Source of the DNA: a virus
Lineage: Duplodnaviria; Caudoviricetes
Length of the DNA: 42,059 bases
Reading direction: 5' to 3' (one strand)
IMG/VR virus record: IMGVR_UViG_3300012816_000037
Location: 1-42,059 of that record
Both the position numbers and the translations under genes were made by a program. A model generated the notes under the pieces. That model was not told the origin of the DNA. It saw only the letters and a list, made by a program, of their open reading frames with translations, and searched no databases. This document shows positions 1-5,097 of this stretch, one piece after another; the stretch's first letter is position 1, and each line of letters opens with the position of its first letter.

Positions 1-180
1 TTGCGATCTGGGCCTTAAGCTGATGACGTTTCTTGGATATGATAAGTTCGGTTTGCCGAATGCGGCTGTCGGCATTCTCACTTATTTTCCAGGTACAGGC
101 CACAAGCGCCCGGCCAAGTCAACGAAGGCAGGCGGGCGCCCCTGAGCTTTTCCAATACAGTTAGTGGAGAGATCACCTTG
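1..180 (+). other. Host intergenic region ending in RBS (GGAGAG) and TTG; resembles the Pseudomonas ppsR-ppsA intergenic region and ppsA start
   Basis: gtggagagatcaccTTG matches my recollection of the Pseudomonas ppsA leader, but the sequence after TTG is not ppsA. Recalled, not searched. Confidence 0.5.
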
Positions 181-189
181 TACTCTCCA
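165..189. other. Candidate attL core
   Basis: Inverted repeat TGGAGAG-N11-CTCTCCA at the host/phage junction, followed by arm-like repeats. Confidence 0.5.
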
Positions 190-242
190 GCTCGTGGCGC
201 TTCCCGAGTATACGGGGCTTCGGCATCCAGCTCAATCCCACG

Positions 243-271
243 TCTAACACTTTTCTAACATGGTTCTAACA
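243..271 (+). repeat. Three TCTAACA direct repeats with 11-bp period; putative integrase arm-type sites
   Basis: TCTAACA at 243, 254 and 265; related motifs at 585, 595 and 42013-42053. Confidence 0.7.
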
Positions 272-283
272 CCTCCAGCGCCC

Positions 284-322
284 GCCATTTAATGGGTCGT
301 TACCACTCCACCATTAAATGGC
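284..322. repeat. 12-bp inverted repeat, possibly equivalent to the T7 M-palindrome
   Basis: GCCATTTAATGG (284-295) and CCATTAAATGGC (311-322), about 140 bp before the terminal repeat. Confidence 0.6.
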
Positions 323-457
323 CTGCAAGGCATCTCTTAGTTCTCCATCAGGGTCTTAGTGGTCTCATTAGGTAGGTCCACTTGAGTCTCGCCTAAGTGT
401 AACTTTTGGTGCGCATAAAGAGCCTTTAAGAATCTGGTAGAAAAATCTGAGAGACCA

Positions 458-705
458 TCTCACTGTAACTACCGCAGCATTACCCCCGTATACCCCTCAC
501 GCGCTCACATACAGGCGCATTAAGGACCCCAGGGGTCACTATACGCACACGCTAAGGCCCTGGAGGCCCCGGAATCACTGGGTTTCTAACAGGTTCTAAC
601 ACTGGGTAGACCTATGGATACTCACGGGCTGTAGGCCACCTGGAGAGCCCAGGGGAGGGCATTAGGGCTCACTCTTCGATCATCCAGGTCTCTGTGTCTG
701 TCCCT
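458..705 (+). repeat. Single-copy T7-type terminal repeat (about 248 bp)
   Basis: Left junction AAAAATCTGAGAGACCA|TCTCAC and right junction TCTGTCCCT|ATCTGT resemble the T7 terminal-repeat boundaries as I recall them. Confidence 0.7.
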
Positions 706-712
706 ATCTGTA
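706..712 (+). terminator. Concatemer-junction (class II) pause/terminator-like motif
   Basis: ATCTGTA immediately after the repeat end, versus T7 CJ ATCTGTT. Confidence 0.55.
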
Positions 713-820
713 AGCGCTCCCTAAGTTCTCCTCCTGGTCTCTCCCTGGGAATACATGAGGCGCTATCCCTACTCAGTAGGACCACACTTTGAGCACATGG
801 AATTCTTTTTGAAAAACTTG

Positions 821-848
821 TTGACTTAAACTCTATGGTTGATACGAT
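821..848 (+). promoter_or_regulatory. Strong early host sigma70 promoter (T7 A-like)
   Basis: AT-rich UP element, TTGACT (821-826), 16 nt spacer, TGn-extended TACGAT (843-848); TTGACTTAAA as in T7 A1. Confidence 0.8.
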
Positions 849-894
849 GAGCCAACTCCAGACAGAGACGCTCTTAAAGAACTCTGAAAGGACT

Positions 895-907
895 CGCTCT
901 TTAACAA
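895..907 (+). promoter_or_regulatory. boxA antitermination element
   Basis: CGCTCTTTAACAA matches the boxA consensus; degenerate copy CGCTCTTAAAGAA at 869-881. Confidence 0.75.
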
Positions 908-937
908 CTACAAAGCAACGCAATAGAACGTAACGAC

Positions 938-997
938 AGTGATTCAAGTCGTGAGCCTGTGCCATTAGGCGTCTGCGGGCTCACCGCTGGATTCACT
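938..997 (+). promoter_or_regulatory. Long hairpin, probable RNase III processing site
   Basis: GTGAGCCTG pairs with GCGGGCTCAC, with an extended AGTGA/TCACT stem, before the first gene. Confidence 0.6.
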
Positions 998-1028
998 AAC
1001 GAAACGTAACGCAAAGGAATACAACGCA

Positions 1029-1430
1029 ATGACTCAATTCAATGAAATGCAAGTGGCTCGCTTCACCGCTGGTTACCTGGAGGCTGCTCTATGGGCTTCC
1101 TCGGACACTCACCCTGAGACCCAGGAGCACGTCTGTCTGGATGACTACCAGTGGGCTCCAGGTGAGGCCGCCAAGGCCTGCAAGGATGTCCAGGACTTTA
1201 TGGAGTATGCCGGCGAGCAACTCCTGGAGTACGCCAAGGTGCGTGTATGTCCCAATGAGGACGTATGGGAGTGCGCCGGGCATGACTTCTGGTTGACCCG
1301 TGGTGGCCATGGATCTGGCTTCTGGGATCGTGGCCTGGGCGAGCTGGGTGAAAAGCTCACGGCTGCCACTAAGACCTTCGGCTGCCTGGACCTGTACCTG
1401 GGAGAGGATGAGCTGGTCTATGTAGCCTGA
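1029..1430 (+). CDS. Acidic early phage protein (GHDFWLTR..HG.GFWDR motif), function unknown
   Basis: 133 aa, AAGGA RBS, first gene after the early promoter (0.3 position). Confidence 0.85.
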   Translation: MTQFNEMQVARFTAGYLEAALWASSDTHPETQEHVCLDDYQWAPGEAAKACKDVQDFMEYAGEQLLEYAKVRVCPNEDVWECAGHDFWLTRGGHGSGFWDRGLGELGEKLTAATKTFGCLDLYLGEDELVYVA

Positions 1431-1480
1431 GTGCCACAAGTCGAGCACCTATAGCCTGGGTGCTCCGCTGGTAACACTCA
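1428..1480 (+). promoter_or_regulatory. Hairpin, probable RNase III site
   Basis: TGAGTG..GAGCACC pairs with GGTGCTC..CACTCA. Confidence 0.6.
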
Positions 1481-1525
1481 ATGAAACGCAACGACAACGT
1501 AAAGCAACGTAAAGGAATCACCATA

Positions 1526-1780
1526 ATGCAAGCCATCATCACCAAATACTTCGGGCCTACCAATTTCCGAGGCTCCCGCGTGGTCGCTAAGTGCGAAGCG
1601 GGCTCTATCGCCGTGCCTTACGACGATGCCCTCAATAGCGAGGACAACCACAAGGCAGCCGCTCGGGCTCTGGCTGACAAGCTGGGCTGGAAACCGAACG
1701 GCACCAATCGCTACGCCAAGTTCGTCTCCGGTGGCCTGCCTAATGGCAAGGGCTACGCTCACGTCTTCGTTAACGAGTGA
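1526..1780 (+). CDS. Early hypothetical protein (MQAIITKY.GPTN..GSR type)
   Basis: 84 aa from ATG 1526 after AAGGA; paralog of 2321-2623. Confidence 0.85.
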   Translation: MQAIITKYFGPTNFRGSRVVAKCEAGSIAVPYDDALNSEDNHKAAARALADKLGWKPNGTNRYAKFVSGGLPNGKGYAHVFVNE

Positions 1781-1826
1781 TTCAATTAGAGCCCATGGGT
1801 TAGCTCGTGGGCTCTGGTGGAATCAC
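1777..1826 (+). promoter_or_regulatory. Hairpin, probable RNase III site
   Basis: GTGATTC..AGAGCCCATG pairs with CGTGGGCTCT..GAATCAC. Confidence 0.6.
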
Positions 1827-1858
1827 ACCTCAATGAAACGTAAAGCAAGGTAACGATA

Positions 1859-2317
1859 ATGACTAACGCAATGACTCTCCAAGAACGCCACGCTATCCTT
1901 GACGCCCGTATTGACGCATTGTCGCTGGACTATGTGATTAAGCTGGTGGAGTCCGAGTTGGGCCGCTGGGTACTGAATCCAGAGTTGGCTCGCATGGCCC
2001 TCAGACAGATGCACCCAGATGACCAGGAGCGCCTCCTGGCTCCGGCCACCATCACCATCTCTAAGCTCCGTGTGGCAGACCTCAAGGGCCTGCAGCCTCA
2101 CCGTGAGCAAGCCCAGGCGCGTGACTACTCGACCTCTGAACACTTCGTCCAGGTGACACACAGGGGCCAGACCTATCGGTTCGGTCTCTTCGATTGCTGG
2201 CGTGGTCCGTACTGGATGCACGATCTGGCGTCTGGCTCCGTTTTCACTGGCGACCTGCAGGCCTGTAAGGACTTCGCCAAGCTGTGCACTGAATGTGTCC
2301 TGGAAGGCGAGGCGTGA
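1859..2317 (+). CDS. Early hypothetical protein
   Basis: 152 aa, phage-like codon usage, packed in the operon. Confidence 0.75.
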   Translation: MTNAMTLQERHAILDARIDALSLDYVIKLVESELGRWVLNPELARMALRQMHPDDQERLLAPATITISKLRVADLKGLQPHREQAQARDYSTSEHFVQVTHRGQTYRFGLFDCWRGPYWMHDLASGSVFTGDLQACKDFAKLCTECVLEGEA

Positions 2318-2320
2318 GTC

Positions 2321-2623
2321 ATGTTCGCCATCCATGCGCGGTACATGCCGCAGACCAGGACTAAGGGTGCCCGGCTGAAGCTGGCCGGTGCTGTCACCGA
2401 GCGGGTCTTCCAGTACGACGAGAAGTTGTCCCTGGATGAGAACCTCAAGAATGCCTTCCGTATCTATGCGTCCCTCGAATGCTGGGTCGGTGCCTGGTCC
2501 TATGGCCAGCTACCGGATGGCTCGTGGGTCGCTACCTGTGCCACCTTCGAGCGCGACACCTTCAGCGTAGGGCAGGCAACCATGGCGGAGAGGCTCCATC
2601 AGGTCTGGACGCGGGAGCTATGA
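2321..2623 (+). CDS. Early hypothetical protein, paralog of 1526-1780
   Basis: 100 aa; shared AI..Y..T..G.R, YD..L...N and GxLPxG motifs. Confidence 0.75.
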   Translation: MFAIHARYMPQTRTKGARLKLAGAVTERVFQYDEKLSLDENLKNAFRIYASLECWVGAWSYGQLPDGSWVATCATFERDTFSVGQATMAERLHQVWTREL

Positions 2624-2982
2624 CAGGCCCGTGGCTGCGCCTGCCTGATTACCTGAAGGTGGTCACGACAGACGGTCTCAAGTGGGCGCAGATCCTGGCG
2701 ACATACTCAGTGGCCATTGATGGGGAGCTGATGGACTTCACGCTCCACAAGCATCACAAGGACGCTCGCCTAATGGTCACTGAGTTTCGCACGGGCTCGT
2801 CTATCGGGTGGCTCAAGGGTGCCTGGCAGACTGACCGCAAGATAACCGACAGGTACGCGACTCAGGATCTCCGGCGCTTCCTCCAGGAGCATGTGGAGGC
2901 GAAGAGGCGACAAGTCTCTGACGCCAGAATCCGCTCTACCATAGCGAAACGGCAGGGTGTCAACCACTTGTCGGGTCGGTAG
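2620..2982 (+). CDS. Early hypothetical protein
   Basis: ATGA overlap with the upstream gene, GGGAG RBS, 120 aa. Confidence 0.7.
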   Translation: MTGPWLRLPDYLKVVTTDGLKWAQILATYSVAIDGELMDFTLHKHHKDARLMVTEFRTGSSIGWLKGAWQTDRKITDRYATQDLRRFLQEHVEAKRRQVSDARIRSTIAKRQGVNHLSGR

Positions 2983-3141
2983 TGCACTTTCATTTAACCA
3001 GTTGCAAGCCGCCCCGCGCTGCGTAGAATCAGGCGCCGGGGCTCACCCGCAGAACACGCAAAGAGCCTCAGACTGCAATGGGACTCTTTGCAGGTTGTGT
3101 GCAAGAACGCAACGCAACGTAAACGAACGGAAACAACGAGC

Positions 3142-3888
3142 ATGACGCACGTACTTTTAAAGGCCGGCACGGCCATCCCCTCAAAGGACAAGCTCCATCC
3201 CGAGCTGCGTCCACACATGCCCGCCATCGAGCGCCTCGCTAAGCTGTCTGAGGATCAACACGGGCTCACCTGGGACAAGCTCCTAAGCGGGCCTCCTGTC
3301 CATCACAGCGACCTTGAAGAGCTCAATCGCTCGGTATTTGAGCACGGCCGCTCAGACCGCGCTGGGCGTTACTCCTCTGGCGTCTACTCGATTCCCTTCC
3401 TGCACCCCGAATACGTGGATGACCTGCTGACAGAGATCGCGGCGATGTCCTTCGAGGTCAATGCAGACGAGGAGGCCGAGGTCCAGATCCCAGAGGTCAC
3501 ACTACAAGACCGCTGCCCGTCTCTTCACGCCGCCCTGGCGTCTCTGTTCATGCACGTTGTGGGACCACTGGCCAAGATCCTTTATCAGTTGGACCCGAAG
3601 TTCATCCAGTCCATCCAGTTCGCTCAGTACCGCCCGCAGGAGGTCGCAAAGGGGCATTGGCACCACGACCAGGATTCAGACATCACTCTGGTGGTTGCCC
3701 TATCGGACGATCATAAGGGTGGGGGCACGATGGTTAAGCCGCAGGGCTTTGGGGAGCCTTTCGAGGTCCCACAGTTGCCCTTGGGCCACGCGATGCTATT
3801 CCAGGGGTCGAGGACCCTTCACTATGGAATGCCAGTAACGGAAGGTGCTCGAAACCTTCTGGTCTTCTGGAGCACCTTGAGGAAGTAG
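3142..3888 (+). CDS. 2OG-Fe(II) dioxygenase (prolyl/lysyl-hydroxylase-like)
   Basis: HxD (WHHDQD), GGGT, distal H (TLHYGMPVTEGARNLLVFW) with conserved R. Confidence 0.88.
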   Translation: MTHVLLKAGTAIPSKDKLHPELRPHMPAIERLAKLSEDQHGLTWDKLLSGPPVHHSDLEELNRSVFEHGRSDRAGRYSSGVYSIPFLHPEYVDDLLTEIAAMSFEVNADEEAEVQIPEVTLQDRCPSLHAALASLFMHVVGPLAKILYQLDPKFIQSIQFAQYRPQEVAKGHWHHDQDSDITLVVALSDDHKGGGTMVKPQGFGEPFEVPQLPLGHAMLFQGSRTLHYGMPVTEGARNLLVFWSTLRK

Positions 3889-3892
3889 AGCG

Positions 3893-4075
3893 TTAGTCTT
3901 CTTCGTCCTCGAAGCCTTCGTCCAGGTACAGCTCATCTATAGCGTCCTCATCGGACACCAAGAAATCTGCCTCCAGGGATGGAGTGAAGACAGCATCGAA
4001 TGCCCGCAGCGCAGTGTTAAGGGTCTCATCCGTGACCTTAGCCTGGAGTAGGGTATTGCCTTGCTGGTTTGCCAT
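3893..4075 (-). CDS. Small, highly acidic antisense protein (60 aa); candidate lysogeny regulator or DNA mimic
   Basis: Fills the gap convergent with the oxygenase; tail DEDAIDELYLDEGFEDEED; upstream leftward promoter; weak RBS. Confidence 0.6.
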   Translation of the reverse strand: MANQQGNTLLQAKVTDETLNTALRAFDAVFTPSLEADFLVSDEDAIDELYLDEGFEDEED

Positions 4076-4102
4076 CTGGATCTCACTACTGAGTTGAACG
4101 TC

Positions 4103-4447
4103 ATGAACGCAACGGAATGGAATGCTCCCTCCGCCAGATCCCTGGCACGGGTCATCAACGAGACTGTGCTCGTGGATTCGCAAATTGCGCGCTTAAACGT
4201 GGAATTGCGCAAAACCTACCAGCGCGGAAAGCTCTCGTCAATAAATCCCATAGATTTAGCTGCCGAACGGCGGAATACTCTGCAGTGTCTCAAGCGTCTG
4301 CGGGTTCGAAAGCAAGCTCTAATTGCCGCACTCAAACAGAACGCCTCTCGTTCCTGGACGGAGCGTGGAGACTTCACCCTTCTCATGGCTACAGGAGTTT
4401 ACATCCCATGCGCACACAAGCAGTCCGCTCAATTAAATTCTATGTGA
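4103..4447 (+). CDS. Basic, probably helical hypothetical protein
   Basis: 114 aa ORF, but atypical codon usage and weak RBS. Confidence 0.5.
   Translation: MNATEWNAPSARSLARVINETVLVDSQIARLNVELRKTYQRGKLSSINPIDLAAERRNTLQCLKRLRVRKQALIAALKQNASRSWTERGDFTLLMATGVYIPCAHKQSAQLNSM
4213..4241 (-). promoter_or_regulatory. Leftward sigma70 promoter for the acidic ORF
   Basis: TTGACG (4241-4236), N17, TGn-extended TAGGTT (4218-4213); adjacent inverted repeat TAAATC-N5-GATTTA (4242-4258). Confidence 0.55.
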
Positions 4448-4662
4448 AAGCCCCGTCGATTGGGACGGATGGGCAAATCAGCTACAAGTCCATGTCTACG
4501 TTCTTCAGCGTCGGGCATGAGTACGACAAGGCCACAGTGGAGGGGATCATCATGATCCTTGATGACTCCCTCCTGGAGGTGGCCCTGAAGAGCTCGGCAG
4601 GAACCAAACGCTTCGTTTATCAGATGGCGGACATCCTCGGCCGTATTGAGGTGACTGAGTAG
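4408..4662 (+). CDS. Hypothetical protein
   Basis: 84 aa from ATG 4408 after AGGAG; phage-like codon usage. Confidence 0.7.
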   Translation: MRTQAVRSIKFYVKAPSIGTDGQISYKSMSTFFSVGHEYDKATVEGIIMILDDSLLEVALKSSAGTKRFVYQMADILGRIEVTE

Positions 4663-4684
4663 TGGATGACTCAGGTGGCACCTC
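4648..4684 (+). promoter_or_regulatory. Hairpin (RNase III site or pause) at the end of the early block
   Basis: GAGGTGAC-TGAGT pairs with ACTCA..GCACCTC. Confidence 0.45.
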
Positions 4685-4703
4685 ATGTAAGAGGTCTTCA
4701 GTA

Positions 4704-4723
4704 TACTGGTTGGACATACAGTA
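4704..4723. promoter_or_regulatory. LexA (SOS) box overlapping sigma70 elements
   Basis: TACTG-GTTGGACATA-CAGTA fits TACTG-N10-CAGTA; it sits in the spacer of leftward TTGAAT-N17-TATACT (4728-4700) and just upstream of a rightward TATACT (4731-4736). Confidence 0.75.
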
Positions 4724-4857
4724 TTCAAGCTATACTGCCCTGGCTTCCCGGTGGCACACAACGATAGGACTTTCTACCCAGCGGCTGAGAAGGCCACTCC
4801 CTATGTCCTGCGGGGCATGGGGTAAGACCTCATTAGGCGGTGGAAGAAGGAGGACAG

Positions 4858-4998
4858 GTGCCCTCTGCAGGAGCACGTCTCTGGGATCAACATGCGCTGG
4901 ACATAGCGGGCTTTTGCGTGGGCAAGGACCAAGCTGGACGGGCATTTTACCGGGAGACGACTGCCGCAGCGGTGAGTGAGCGCCTGGCCCAGATTTAA
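4858..4998 (+). CDS. Small hypothetical protein (46 aa, MPSAGARLWDQHALDIAGF...)
   Basis: AAGGAGG RBS and GTG start; stop overlaps the phage promoter; below the ORF-track cutoff. Confidence 0.5.
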   Translation: MPSAGARLWDQHALDIAGFCVGKDQAGRAFYRETTAAAVSERLAQI

Positions 4999-5020
4999 AA
5001 GCCCTCACTACTTAGAGAGA
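4996..5020 (+). promoter_or_regulatory. Phage RNAP promoter upstream of the RNAP gene
   Basis: TAAAAGCCCTCACTACTTAGAG matches the window consensus AAAACCCTCACTAWTAGG. Confidence 0.7.
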
Positions 5021-5072
5021 CCTTTCCGGATCCTCTCAGTCCTCCCTGGTGGTCCAGGTGGGTCCTCTAAGT
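5010..5072 (+). promoter_or_regulatory. Hairpin, probable RNase III site (R1-like)
   Basis: ACTTAGAG pairs with CTCTAAGT in a long stem before gene 1. Confidence 0.6.
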
Positions 5073-5097
5073 TCAACGCAAAGGAACGTTGCAGTAA

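Noticed and set aside
220-227. TCGGCATC shared with 42034-42041 as a possible att core
   Set aside because: Only 8 bp and lies among the arm repeats on the right; could be chance. The RBS/TTG junction is a better candidate.
669-965. 98-aa minus-strand ORF
   Set aside because: Overlaps the terminal-repeat end, early promoter and boxA, which form a regulatory region.
911-3140. AACG arrays and hairpins as a CRISPR array
   Set aside because: No constant-length repeat-spacer structure and no cas genes.
4295-4320. GGTTCGAA tRNA T-loop-like motif
   Set aside because: No pairing T-stem or cloverleaf.
4429-4761. Minus-strand ORF downstream of the leftward SOS promoter
   Set aside because: Antisense shadow of 4408-4662 with no RBS; a leaderless start at 4686 cannot be fully excluded.
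4662-4979. 105-aa plus-strand ORF
   Set aside because: No RBS, Ser/Gly/Arg-rich non-protein-like composition, and it overlaps the SOS box and a better small ORF.
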